Origin: Candidatus Shapirobacteria bacterium
GTDB lineage: Bacteria > Patescibacteriota > Microgenomatia > UM-FILTER-40-11
Length of the DNA: 64,000 nt
NCBI GenBank assembly: GCA_020059745.1
Contig: JAGVBK010000004.1
Span: forward strand, 306,511 to 370,510
Direction: 5' to 3'
The notes under the pieces are model-generated. The model did not search any database. It was not told the origin of the DNA and saw only the letters and a program-made list of their open reading frames with translations. Positions 1-9,417 of the stretch are shown piece after piece (positions within the stretch are counted from its first letter, which is position 1; each line of letters starts with the position of its first letter). A program made the translations under genes and the position numbers.

Positions 1-1
1 A

Positions 2-526
2 AACATTGGCGCAACTTTAGGCGAAGAATCTGTGGAAAAAAGCGTCAGAGCCGGAGTAATTGGTCTTCTTTTTGTTATGGCGTTTATGTGGGCTTATTAT
101 GGAAAGCTTGGCTTTTTGGCTGATTTGGCGCTTGTCAGCTATGGTCTTATTACCCTTGCTTTATATAAAATCATTCCCGTGACCCTGACTTTGCCGGGGG
201 TTGCCGGTTTTTTGCTTTCCGTGGGTATGGCGGTTGACGCCAATATTCTTATTTTTGAAAGAATGAAAGAAGAGGTAAGGACAGGGAAACCCTTGAAAAC
301 AGCCATGGAACTTGGTTTTGGCCGGGCTTGGGATTCAATCAGGGATGCCAATATCTGTACACTAATTACTGCTTTTATTCTTTTTAATCCTTTTAACTGG
401 AATTTTCTTAATGTTTCCGGCATGGTTAGAGGTTTTGCCTTAACTTTAGCTATTGGAATTGCGGTGTCGCTATTTACAGGGGTTGTGGTTACCAGAAATT
501 TAATAAGAATTTTTTACAGGGGATAA
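2..526 (+). CDS. secD: Protein-export membrane protein SecD, C-terminal part (5' end lies outside the window)
   Basis: The frame is open from the window start. Multi-TM C-terminal SecD/SecF-type domain (…AVDANILIFERMKEE…), immediately followed by secF 4 bp downstream. Confidence 0.8.
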   Translation, partial: NIGATLGEESVEKSVRAGVIGLLFVMAFMWAYYGKLGFLADLALVSYGLITLALYKIIPVTLTLPGVAGFLLSVGMAVDANILIFERMKEEVRTGKPLKTAMELGFGRAWDSIRDANICTLITAFILFNPFNWNFLNVSGMVRGFALTLAIGIAVSLFTGVVVTRNLIRIFYRG

Positions 527-529
527 AAA

Positions 530-1417
530 ATGAATTTCATGAAATACAAATGGCTTTACTTTTTAGTTTCCCTTTTAGCGATTGTCCCCGGCCTTTTTTC
601 TTTATTTAAATGGGGGCTTAATCCATCGGTTGATTTTACCGGTGGCTCTCTTCTTGAGCTTGAGTTTGAAAAAGAAGTAAAAAAGGAAGACTTGCCTGAA
701 ATTAAAAGTTTGATTGAAGAAAACGGCTTTGAGGTAAACTCAATCCAGTTTTCAGGAGAGAAAAGATTGCTTTTTAAAACCCAACCTTTGGCTAGAGAAG
801 ATGTTTCTTCAATCACAGTAGCCATTGCTCAAAAGAAAAACGAAAAGCCAATTGAGCTTAGGTTTGACACCGTGGGTCCGACTTTAGGAAAGGAATTGCT
901 TGAAAAAACCTTTATTGCCATTGCCCTGGCTTCAGGTTTTATTCTTTTGTATGTCTGGCGTCAATTCAAAGACCCAATGTTTGGTGTGACCGCAATTTTG
1001 GCAATGTTTCATGATTCCCTGGTTTTGCTGGGAGTTTTCAGTCTTTTAGGCCATTTTAAAGGTGTGGAAATAGATACTCTTTTTGTGACCGCGGTCTTAA
1101 CCATTCTTTCCTTTTCCGTTCATGATACCGTCGTTGTCTACGACCGAATTAGGGAATCGCAAAAAAGGTTAAGAGGAGCAAGTTTTAACGACTTAGTTAA
1201 TAAAGCAGTGGCAGAAACCCTTTCCCGTTCAATAAACAACTCAATGACCATTATTTTTATGCTTACTGCTTTGTTTTTATTAGGCGGAGCAACGACAAAG
1301 TGGTTTGTTTTGGCTCTTCTTATCGGTACAATTTCCGGCACTTATTCATCGACTTTTACCGCCGCGCCTTTGCTTGTGGTTTGGAATGATCTTAAAAGCA
1401 AGAAAACTAGGATTTGA
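530..1417 (+). CDS. secF: Protein-export membrane protein SecF
   Basis: 295-aa ORF with the N-terminal TM plus DFTGG motif typical of SecF and the C-terminal SecD/F membrane domain. Classic secD-secF adjacency. Confidence 0.85.
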   Translation: MNFMKYKWLYFLVSLLAIVPGLFSLFKWGLNPSVDFTGGSLLELEFEKEVKKEDLPEIKSLIEENGFEVNSIQFSGEKRLLFKTQPLAREDVSSITVAIAQKKNEKPIELRFDTVGPTLGKELLEKTFIAIALASGFILLYVWRQFKDPMFGVTAILAMFHDSLVLLGVFSLLGHFKGVEIDTLFVTAVLTILSFSVHDTVVVYDRIRESQKRLRGASFNDLVNKAVAETLSRSINNSMTIIFMLTALFLLGGATTKWFVLALLIGTISGTYSSTFTAAPLLVVWNDLKSKKTRI

Positions 1418-2774
1418 ACTCTTTAAGCTTTTTTAAAAGAGGCTCTCTTTTATTTTCTACCTTTTTTTCAACCACTTCTTTAAAAAGGTCATTTAACACT
1501 TCTCCTACTTTAGGCCCGGATTTTATTTTCAGGATTTCCATAACATCTTTTCCGTTTACCTTAAGGTCTGTAACTGAAAAGGGTTGTTTTTGAACTTCGG
1601 CAAGTCTTTGTTTGAATTTTTCCAAACGCCAGGAGGTTTCTTTTGCACCTCCGCCCAAGCGGTCGCCGGTTCTTAGGGCAAGAATGTCCTCAAGGTTTTC
1701 CTTGCCTACGTTTCTTATAAACCTTCTGATGGCAGAATCAGTTTGCCTTTCGTCAACGGTAAACAAATGCCAGCGTACTAAGGTTGTTAAGCGTTTTGCA
1801 TCTTTTTTAGAAAGCTTCAGTCTTTCGGCAATGCCTTGGGCAATCTTGGCGCCCACCACCTCGTGGTTGTAAAAAGTTCTTTGTTCACCCTCGCCCTTGG
1901 CCGTATAAGGTTTGCCGATATCATGAATCAAGCTGGCCAGCCTCACAATTGGATCTCTACTGGGAGTGAATTTTAAAGAAAGAAGTGAGTGTGTCCAAAC
2001 ATCGTAAATATGGTGTTTGGCCTGGGCCATTTCATAACCTTTTTCAAGTTCAGGAATAATGTGGCTTAAAAGAGAGCTTGTTTTAAGCAAAGTTATCCCT
2101 TCAGTCGGAAAGTCGGTAGCCAGTATCTTTAAAAGCTCGTCTCTTATTCTTTCCGCGGAAATGTACTTAAGAAGTGAAGCGTTTTTACTAATGGCGGCAA
2201 AGGTATTTTCCTCAATAGTGAAACCAAGTTGGCTGGCAAAACGGACGGCTCTGAGCATTCTTAGGGCGTCTTCAGAAAAGCGCTCATTAGGGTTTCCGAC
2301 TGCTTTTATGGTTTTATTTTTTAAATCATCCAGGCCGTTAAACAAATCAATAAGCTCAAGGTCGTTATCCTTTGGTCCGATGGCCATGGCATTAATGGTG
2401 AAATCTCTTCTTTTTAAGTCTTCTTCCAAAGAATTTCCCCAAAAAACCTGGTCGGGTCTTCTTTTGTCAGAGTAACCCTTTTCACTTCTGTAGGTGGTAA
2501 TTTCGTATTTTACTTCCCCCTTTTTTGTTTTAATTATTAACCCGACAGTACCAAAGACATTGTCGTAAAAACTTTTTGGAAAAATTTTTTGAATTTCTTC
2601 AGGCGTAGCGTTGGTGGTAAAATCAGCTTCAATAAAACTACCCTTAAGAAGTGAATCCCTGACTGCGCCGCCGACAAGGAAAATTTCCCACCCCCCTTGC
2701 CTAAAGGCAGTAAAAATTTCAATTACCTCTTGAGGGATTTTTTTGGCTAATTTTTCTTCAACTAAGCACCGCAT
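1407..2774 (-). CDS. cca: CCA-adding tRNA nucleotidyltransferase / poly(A) polymerase family with HD domain
   Basis: N-terminal Pol-beta NTase motif (FLVGGAVRDSLLG … DFTINAMA), central HD motif (LIHDIGKP), 455 aa. Confidence 0.8.
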   Translation of the reverse strand: MRCLVEEKLAKKIPQEVIEIFTAFRQGGWEIFLVGGAVRDSLLKGSFIEADFTTNATPEEIQKIFPKSFYDNVFGTVGLIIKTKKGEVKYEITTYRSEKGYSDKRRPDQVFWGNSLEEDLKRRDFTINAMAIGPKDNDLELIDLFNGLDDLKNKTIKAVGNPNERFSEDALRMLRAVRFASQLGFTIEENTFAAISKNASLLKYISAERIRDELLKILATDFPTEGITLLKTSSLLSHIIPELEKGYEMAQAKHHIYDVWTHSLLSLKFTPSRDPIVRLASLIHDIGKPYTAKGEGEQRTFYNHEVVGAKIAQGIAERLKLSKKDAKRLTTLVRWHLFTVDERQTDSAIRRFIRNVGKENLEDILALRTGDRLGGGAKETSWRLEKFKQRLAEVQKQPFSVTDLKVNGKDVMEILKIKSGPKVGEVLNDLFKEVVEKKVENKREPLLKKLKEFKS

Positions 2775-4457
2775 ATGCTAAAATTGTATCACATGAACTG
2801 GAAAATCCTAAATAAACCCAAAAAAGAAATACTGGAAAACAAAGAAATTATTGAAATAATTTTGGAAAACCGCGGTCTTAAAACAAAAGAGGCGGTAGGA
2901 GAATTTCTTAACCCTGCTGATCCGGAAGAGTTTAAAGCCAAAGACTTGGGGATTGACGAGGCGGAAGTAAAACAAGCCATAAAAAGAATCAAAAGAGCAA
3001 TTGACGAAAAAGAGGATATTTTGGTTTACGGCGATTATGATGCCGACGGTATTTGTGCTACTGCCATTTTGTGGGAAACGCTTTTTAAATTGACAAAAAA
3101 AGTCCTTCCCTATATTCCCCAAAGGTTCAGTGAGGGCTATGGTTTCAATAAAGATTCTATTCAGAGAATAAAAGAGGAAAACCCTAATCTAAAGCTTATT
3201 ATTGCCGTTGATCACGGTATTACCGGAAACGAAAAAATTTGTTTTGCCAAAGAATTGGGGGTTGATGTCATTGTCTGTGATCATCACCAGGTGGGTAAAG
3301 AAAAGCCTTTATGTGAAGCAGTTGTCCACACAACCCAGGTTTGTGCGGCGGCAATTTCCTGGTTTATGGCCAAGGAAATTTGTCTTGCCTTTGAAACAAA
3401 AAGAAAAAAAAGCGAGCACCTTGATTTAGTGGCCATTGCTTCTGTTGCTGACCTTGAGCCTTTGGTGGGAGTAAACAGAAGTTTTGTTAAATTTGGGTTA
3501 AGCGCTTTAAACAAAACTGACCGGCTCGGAATTCTCTCAATCTTAGAGGAAGCAGGAATTGAAAAAGGCAGCATTGGTACTTATGAAATTGGTTTTATCA
3601 TTGCACCCCGGATAAATGCTATGGGTAGGATGGAGCACGCTTTAGAGTCGCTCAGACTTCTTTGTACTACCAACCCAATTAAAGCCAAAGAATTGGCCCA
3701 AAAACTGGGTTTAACTAACAAGGAAAGGCAGGAATTAACCGAAGAAACTACACACCATGCTAAAAATTTGTTTCTTGAGGAGTACAAAGAAAGACTTCCC
3801 AAGCTTATTCTTATCAGCCACGAAACCTACCAGGAAGGAGTAATTGGTTTGGCGGCAGGAAAGCTGACTGAGGAGTTTTACCGGCCCTCAATTGTGATTG
3901 CCAAAGGCGAAGTTTATTCAAAAGCTTCTGCCCGTTCTGTCAGCGGGTTTAATATTATTGAAGCGATCCGTGCCAGCTCAGAATATTTAGTTGAAGCAGG
4001 AGGCCATCCCATGGCTGCCGGGTTTACGGTGGAAACTGTAAAAATTGAAGAGTTTAAGAGAAGAATTCTTGAGGAAGCAGAAAAGCAAATTACCGATGAT
4101 ATTCTGGAAAAAAGCTTAAAAATTGATTTAAAGCTTCCTCTTGGGCTTATCAATCTTGGTTTGTGGAAAGAAATCAGCAAGCTTGCTCCTTTTGGCCTTG
4201 GTAATCCTGAGCCTGTTTTTGCTTCAGAAGCAGTGGTAAAGGACAAAAGAAAAGTAGGCTCAACAGGAAAACACCTGAAAATGATTTTAGGCTTTGACAA
4301 AGCTGGTTTTGTTGAAGGAATCGGCTTTAACTTGGGAGAAAAAGCTGAAGAAATTACCCTGGGCGATAAGATAGAGATTGCCTTTAGCGTTACCTTAAAT
4401 GAGTGGAACGGAAACAAAAAAATTGAGGTAAAGATAAAAGATATAAGAAAGATTTAA
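2775..4457 (+). CDS. recJ: Single-stranded-DNA-specific exonuclease RecJ
   Basis: DHH-family motifs (DYDADGICATAIL, VCDHHQ), a GGHPMAAG DHHA1 motif and a C-terminal OB-like region. The true start may be the internal ATG at 2793 (MNWKIL…). Confidence 0.85.
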   Translation: MLKLYHMNWKILNKPKKEILENKEIIEIILENRGLKTKEAVGEFLNPADPEEFKAKDLGIDEAEVKQAIKRIKRAIDEKEDILVYGDYDADGICATAILWETLFKLTKKVLPYIPQRFSEGYGFNKDSIQRIKEENPNLKLIIAVDHGITGNEKICFAKELGVDVIVCDHHQVGKEKPLCEAVVHTTQVCAAAISWFMAKEICLAFETKRKKSEHLDLVAIASVADLEPLVGVNRSFVKFGLSALNKTDRLGILSILEEAGIEKGSIGTYEIGFIIAPRINAMGRMEHALESLRLLCTTNPIKAKELAQKLGLTNKERQELTEETTHHAKNLFLEEYKERLPKLILISHETYQEGVIGLAAGKLTEEFYRPSIVIAKGEVYSKASARSVSGFNIIEAIRASSEYLVEAGGHPMAAGFTVETVKIEEFKRRILEEAEKQITDDILEKSLKIDLKLPLGLINLGLWKEISKLAPFGLGNPEPVFASEAVVKDKRKVGSTGKHLKMILGFDKAGFVEGIGFNLGEKAEEITLGDKIEIAFSVTLNEWNGNKKIEVKIKDIRKI

Positions 4458-4480
4458 GGAAAACGGAAGGATGCAAAAAA

Positions 4481-5959
4481 ATGACAGAAGAGCTAAAACG
4501 GCTTTTTTCCAAAATCCAAAGCTATAATACTGAAGCTGATTTCGGACTGATAGAAAAAGCTTACAGCTTTGCCCAATCTGCCCACAGCAGTCAAAAAAGG
4601 CTTTCCGGGGATCCCTTTTTTGTTCACCCCCTGGCTGTAGCCAATATTCTTGCCGACTATAAACTTGACACAATTTCAATTGTGGCAGGGTTTTTGCACG
4701 ACACATTGGAAGACTGCGAGGTGTCTAAAGAAGAAATTGAAAAGGAGTTTGGAGAAAGTGTTTTGGAAATTGTGGAAGGGGTGACTAAGATCGGAGAAAT
4801 CAGCCTTCGCGGCTCATCAGAAGAATCTTTTGTGGAAAACTTAAGAAAAATGTTACTGGCAATGTCAAAAGATCTGCGGGTGATTTTGGTAAGACTGGCT
4901 GACCGGTACCATAACATGCAGACCTTGCAGTATTTGCCCCCTGAAAAAAGGATAAAAAATGCCAAAGAGACACTTGAGGTTTATGCGCCTTTGGCGGAAA
5001 GGCTGGGCATGGGAGAAATGAAAGGAAGCCTTGAAGATCTTGCTTTTCCCTATGTATATCCTGAAGAGTACAAGTGGCTTATTGAGCATTCCCGGCCTTA
5101 TTATAAAAAAGCGGAAGAATTTTTGGAAAAAGCTACGCGCGAAGTTTATAAAAAATTGGCTGAGGACGGTATCAGAGTTAAAATCACTTCTCGCTCAAAG
5201 CACCTTTACAGCTTGTGGCGTAAACTCTTGAGGCCGGAAATTGACAAGGACATAAACCGGGTTTATGACCTGGTGGCAATGAGAATACTGACTGACAGCG
5301 TTAGGGATTGTTATGCAACTTTAGGAATTGTTCATTCTCTTTGGAAGCCGATTCCGGCAATAGGTATCAGAGATTTTATTGCCCAGCCCAAACCAAACGG
5401 CTACCGTTCCATTCACACCACTGTTTTTTCTTTTAAAGAAAGGATTACTGAAGTTCAGATAAGAACTTTTGAGATGCACGAAGAAGCTGAATACGGGGTG
5501 GCTGCCCATTGGCAGTATGCTGAAGCAAAAACAAAAGGGGTGAGCGGCAGAAAGCTGGAAGCCGGGGTTTTTACTGCTCCAGACAAGCTTTCTTGGGTAA
5601 AACAGCTGGTTGTTTGGCAGAACGAAGTGGTTGATTCAAAAGAATTTTTGGAGGCCTTAAGGTTTGACGCTTTAACGCACCGGATTTTTATTTTCTCCCC
5701 TAAGGGAGATGTTTATGATTTGCCCGAAGGAGCTACTCCGGTTGATTTTGCTTACGCCGTGCATTCTGATTTGGGAAACCAGACTTATGGCTCTTTGGTT
5801 AACGGTAAGATGGTGTCTTTAGATCACAAGCTTAAAAGCGGTGATATGGTTGAGATAATTAAAAAAGAAGGAGTTAAACCCTCAGAAAAATGGCTGCGCT
5901 TTGTTACCACGCAACTTGCTAAAAATAGAATCTCCCGCTATCTGCGTGAGAAAAGCTGA
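4481..5959 (+). CDS. RelA/SpoT-family (p)ppGpp synthetase/hydrolase, short form (HD - synthetase - TGS, no ACT/RRM)
   Basis: HD hydrolase motif (FLHDTLED), RelA/SpoT synthetase core (YRSIHTTV, EVQIRT), TGS domain (FSPKGDVYDLPEGATPVDFAYAVHSDLG). Only 492 aa. Confidence 0.8.
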   Translation: MTEELKRLFSKIQSYNTEADFGLIEKAYSFAQSAHSSQKRLSGDPFFVHPLAVANILADYKLDTISIVAGFLHDTLEDCEVSKEEIEKEFGESVLEIVEGVTKIGEISLRGSSEESFVENLRKMLLAMSKDLRVILVRLADRYHNMQTLQYLPPEKRIKNAKETLEVYAPLAERLGMGEMKGSLEDLAFPYVYPEEYKWLIEHSRPYYKKAEEFLEKATREVYKKLAEDGIRVKITSRSKHLYSLWRKLLRPEIDKDINRVYDLVAMRILTDSVRDCYATLGIVHSLWKPIPAIGIRDFIAQPKPNGYRSIHTTVFSFKERITEVQIRTFEMHEEAEYGVAAHWQYAEAKTKGVSGRKLEAGVFTAPDKLSWVKQLVVWQNEVVDSKEFLEALRFDALTHRIFIFSPKGDVYDLPEGATPVDFAYAVHSDLGNQTYGSLVNGKMVSLDHKLKSGDMVEIIKKEGVKPSEKWLRFVTTQLAKNRISRYLREKS

Positions 5960-5981
5960 TGAATGGTATATAATTTCCCAT

Positions 5982-7313
5982 ATGAATAGAACTTTGGTTT
6001 CTGAAACCACCGCAAAAATCGGAGAAGAAGTGCTTGTAAAAGGTTGGGTCAACACGCGAAGGGACCATGGAAAAATCATTTTCATTGATTTAAGGGATAA
6101 AACAGGCTTGGTCCAGGTAGTTTTTGTTGACAGCCAAAAAGCAAAGGAATTAAGACCCGAATGGGTGGTTGAAGTAAAAGGGGTGGTTAAGCAAAGACCG
6201 GAAAAACTTATTAACCCAAGGCTTGGAACCGGCAAAATTGAAATCGAGGCCAAAGAGCTTAATATTTTGGCCAAATCAGAGGAGCTTCCTTTTGATACCG
6301 GAAGCGAAGAGCTTAATGTCAGCTTGCCGGTTTTGCTTGACTTCCGGCCTCTAAGCTTAAGACATCCCAGAAACCGGGCTGTTTTTAAGGTTCAGGAAAC
6401 AATTATTGCTTCTTTCCGGGAAGTGCTTCGCGAAGAAAGTTTTACTGAAATTCAGGTTCCCACTATTGTTCCCAGTATTACCGAGGGAGGGGCGCAGGTC
6501 TTTAAGATTAAATACTTTGACAAAGAGGCTTTTTTAGCCCAGTCGCCACAGCTTTACAAGCAAATCATGGTGGGAGTTTTTGAGAGGGTTTTTACTCTGG
6601 CACACGCTTACCGGGCTGAGCCTTCTGTTACCACTCGGCACGTGACTGAGTATGTGGGTTTGGATGCAGAAATGGGGTTTATCTCCTCTTTTGAAGACAT
6701 CATGGACACGGTTGAAAAAGTAATCAGAAGAATTTTTGTTAACCTTGAAAAAGAAAACAAAGAAGAACTATCAATGTTTAACGCCACTATCCCGAAGCTT
6801 TCTTCCAAAATTCCCCGGATAAAAATGAGGGAAGCCCAAGAAATAATTTTCAGAAGAACCGGCCGCGACAATAGAAATGAGCCTGATCTTGAGCCTGAAG
6901 ATGAAAGGGAAATCTGCCGCTACAGTATGGAAGAATATGGCTCTGAGCTTGTTTTTATTACCCATTATCCAACTAAAAAAAGGCCTTTTTATACTTTTCC
7001 TGACCCGAAAGATCCTGAGTATACGGAAAGCTTTGACCTCATTGGCCGGGGATTGGAATGGGTAACCGGCGGCAGAAGAATTAATGATTATGAAATGTTG
7101 GTTGAACACATTAAAAAATGGGGTAACCGGCCGGAGGATTTTGAAATTTATTTGCAAGCCTTTAAATACGGCATGCCGCCCGAAGGAGGCTTTTGTTTAG
7201 GGGCGGAGAGAATAACCATGCAGGTTTTAGGTCTTGAAAATGTTAGAGAAGCAAGCCTTTTCCCCAGAGACATGGAAAGAATTGATCTTAAATTACCCAA
7301 AAAAGAAGAATAA
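5982..7313 (+). CDS. aspS: Aspartyl-tRNA synthetase, archaeal/eukaryal-type (probably non-discriminating)
   Basis: N-terminal OB anticodon-binding domain, class II motif 2 (FKIKYFDKEAFLAQSPQLYKQ), motif 3 (GGFCLGAERITM), and a C-terminal …FPRD typical of archaeal-type AspRS. The start was chosen at the ATG at 5982, after the rel stop. Confidence 0.8.
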   Translation: MNRTLVSETTAKIGEEVLVKGWVNTRRDHGKIIFIDLRDKTGLVQVVFVDSQKAKELRPEWVVEVKGVVKQRPEKLINPRLGTGKIEIEAKELNILAKSEELPFDTGSEELNVSLPVLLDFRPLSLRHPRNRAVFKVQETIIASFREVLREESFTEIQVPTIVPSITEGGAQVFKIKYFDKEAFLAQSPQLYKQIMVGVFERVFTLAHAYRAEPSVTTRHVTEYVGLDAEMGFISSFEDIMDTVEKVIRRIFVNLEKENKEELSMFNATIPKLSSKIPRIKMREAQEIIFRRTGRDNRNEPDLEPEDEREICRYSMEEYGSELVFITHYPTKKRPFYTFPDPKDPEYTESFDLIGRGLEWVTGGRRINDYEMLVEHIKKWGNRPEDFEIYLQAFKYGMPPEGGFCLGAERITMQVLGLENVREASLFPRDMERIDLKLPKKEE

Positions 7314-7314
7314 A

Positions 7315-8313
7315 ATGGAAAGTAAGAAGCTCCTTTTCCTGCAAAAATCAAAAAAGACAAAAAAAGAAGACAAAAAGTCTTTGGCCAATTCTTTTTTCTT
7401 TCCTCTTTTAAGTTTATGGATAATCCTTGTTTTACTTTTTTTAGGCTCAAAAATAATCAAGGCTGAGCCGGAAATTGTTGGAAAAAAAGAGGCCCTTGGC
7501 TTTAGGCAGCTTTTACCTTCACCAATGCCTTATCCAGTTAACCGGAAAGTTTCTGTGACCCCGGAAGTAAGTGCAAAATCAATTTACATTATTGATTCAG
7601 GCTCAATGAGAGTCCTTTACGAAAAGAATCCGGAGGAAAGACTTTTTCCCGCTTCGACTACAAAGATAATGACTGCCCTTGTTGCTCTTGAGCATTACCG
7701 TACAGACCAGATTTTGAAAGCCGGAAACACCGAAGTTGAGGGTAATGTAATAGAGCTTGAGCCTGAGGAGCAGATGTCGGTTGAAAACCTTCTTTATGGG
7801 CTTCTTGTTGGTTCTGGTAATGACGCTGCCTTTGCCTTGTCTGAAAATTATCCCGGGAAAACCCCGGGCTTTGTTGAGGCGATGAACAGAAAAGCCCAGG
7901 AAATAAACCTTAAAAACACGCGGTTTACTAACCCGGTAGGTTTTGATGAACCCGGGCATTTTTCAACTGCCAAAGATCTGGCCTTGCTCACGGCAGAAGC
8001 AGTTAAGAACCCGGTTTTTTCAAGGATTGTGGCCACTTCGGGTCTAACCCTTACGGACGTTTCCGGTACCAAGACCCATTATCTTAAAAATACAAACGAG
8101 CTTATTGGACAAGTGGAGGGAGTGGTTGGAGTGAAAACAGGCTGGACAGAAAACGCAGGGGAGTGTTTAGTTAGTCTTGCTGAGAGAAAAGACGCTAGGG
8201 TGATTTCCGTTGTTCTTGGCAGTACTGGCCGTTTTGAAGAATCAAAAAGTCTAATTGATTGGACCTTTCAGAACTTTGACTGGGTTTCTATTCTACCAGC
8301 CAGCTATCACTAA
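7315..8313 (+). CDS. D-alanyl-D-alanine carboxypeptidase (S11 peptidase / low-MW PBP)
   Basis: SxxK (ASTTK), SxN (SGN) and KTG (KTGWT) motifs in the canonical order. N-terminal TM anchor. Start ATG at 7315, immediately after the aspS stop. Confidence 0.75.
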   Translation: MESKKLLFLQKSKKTKKEDKKSLANSFFFPLLSLWIILVLLFLGSKIIKAEPEIVGKKEALGFRQLLPSPMPYPVNRKVSVTPEVSAKSIYIIDSGSMRVLYEKNPEERLFPASTTKIMTALVALEHYRTDQILKAGNTEVEGNVIELEPEEQMSVENLLYGLLVGSGNDAAFALSENYPGKTPGFVEAMNRKAQEINLKNTRFTNPVGFDEPGHFSTAKDLALLTAEAVKNPVFSRIVATSGLTLTDVSGTKTHYLKNTNELIGQVEGVVGVKTGWTENAGECLVSLAERKDARVISVVLGSTGRFEESKSLIDWTFQNFDWVSILPASYH

Positions 8314-9337
8314 CAGCGGGAACATAAGCAATAAAATCGTTATCTCCCTCAAAAACAATTACCGGCTGCAAATAAGTTTGCGGCTTTTCGCTTTCATAAT
8401 AAGCAAGGTAAGCATTTCTGATAACTATTTTTCCTTCAGGATTATTCCCTAAGTTGGCAATAAAACCCTTGCCCCCAATCAGGGCAGACCAGGCGGTTTT
8501 GGTGTCTTTAAGCGGATAGGTGGCAAAATTGTTTTCTGAAATAGGGTAATGGTAATACTTAGCGTCAATAATTCCCTTGTTGTGGGCAGAAGAAGAAATA
8601 AGCAGGGAAACATTGGCGTCTTTGGGGTTAGGAGGTAAAATCTTAAGACCCTCAAGTTCTTTTCTGAATAAATTGACTTTGGCAAAAACTGACTCATGAT
8701 AAATGGAATTTACCAGGTTTCCGTTTAGATATTTGAGAAAGATAACTTCGCTTTCGCCTTCCATTAATTCTTTGGTTAAAACATCTGCGCCTTGAAGAAA
8801 GCCCCTTGCTGTTGAGATGGCCTGGGTGTCATGAGGAGGAGACCCCCTGGAAAGGATTTCAATGTCGTTTTTCCAGTCATAAGAAAGCTGAAAGTTCCGG
8901 GTCAAACAGTCAACCTCTAAAGTAGTTTTGGGAACCGTGTCGGTTGAGAATCTAAAAAAATACTGGTCTATTTCTAAAGGCTCTTTGTTAAAGCCCAGCT
9001 TTTTAGCCCAAAGTCTGGTATTTTCTTTGGTGGAGAAATTGGGTGACGGTTGGGGGATAAAAAAGACTTTTGCTTGGGTGGGCAAGCTGGGCAAAGAGCC
9101 GGAAATTGTTTCCAGCTTAAAGTTTAAAGTGGGAAGGTTTTGCCTTTCCGGAAAAGTAAGCTTAGGCAGTTTGCCAAAAGCTACGGTTGGTGGCGGTGGC
9201 GGTGGCGGGTGGGTCTTTTTCCAGTAGGCCTGAAAAGTTAAAAACAAAAACCTTAAAAAAAGCAAGGCAACGATAGCAGCAGAACCAAACTTAATTGTTT
9301 TTCGGGAATAGTAAGCGGTTTCTGTTAAAGTAGCCAT
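8288..9337 (-). CDS. Hypothetical membrane-anchored extracytoplasmic protein with poly-proline linker
   Basis: 349-aa ORF with an N-terminal TM helix and a P8 tract encoded by (GGTGGC)n. No recognisable catalytic motif. Confidence 0.45.
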   Translation of the reverse strand: MATLTETAYYSRKTIKFGSAAIVALLFLRFLFLTFQAYWKKTHPPPPPPPTVAFGKLPKLTFPERQNLPTLNFKLETISGSLPSLPTQAKVFFIPQPSPNFSTKENTRLWAKKLGFNKEPLEIDQYFFRFSTDTVPKTTLEVDCLTRNFQLSYDWKNDIEILSRGSPPHDTQAISTARGFLQGADVLTKELMEGESEVIFLKYLNGNLVNSIYHESVFAKVNLFRKELEGLKILPPNPKDANVSLLISSSAHNKGIIDAKYYHYPISENNFATYPLKDTKTAWSALIGGKGFIANLGNNPEGKIVIRNAYLAYYESEKPQTYLQPVIVFEGDNDFIAYVPAVSDSWLVE

Positions 9338-9417
9338 TTTTTAAAGATAGAGAGTATTTTGAGTATAGCTTTGCTTCATGGTAAAATCAAGGCTATACAT
9401 ATTTATTTTAATGAAAA

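Noticed and set aside
139-423. Antisense ORFs inside secD, secF, cca, recJ and other conserved genes (for example 139-423-, 556-825-, 1612-1872+, 2059-2475+, 3284-3574-, 3914-4417-)
   Set aside because: Each is fully embedded in the opposite strand of a gene with strong family motifs and has low-complexity or biased composition. This is typical of spurious shadow ORFs.
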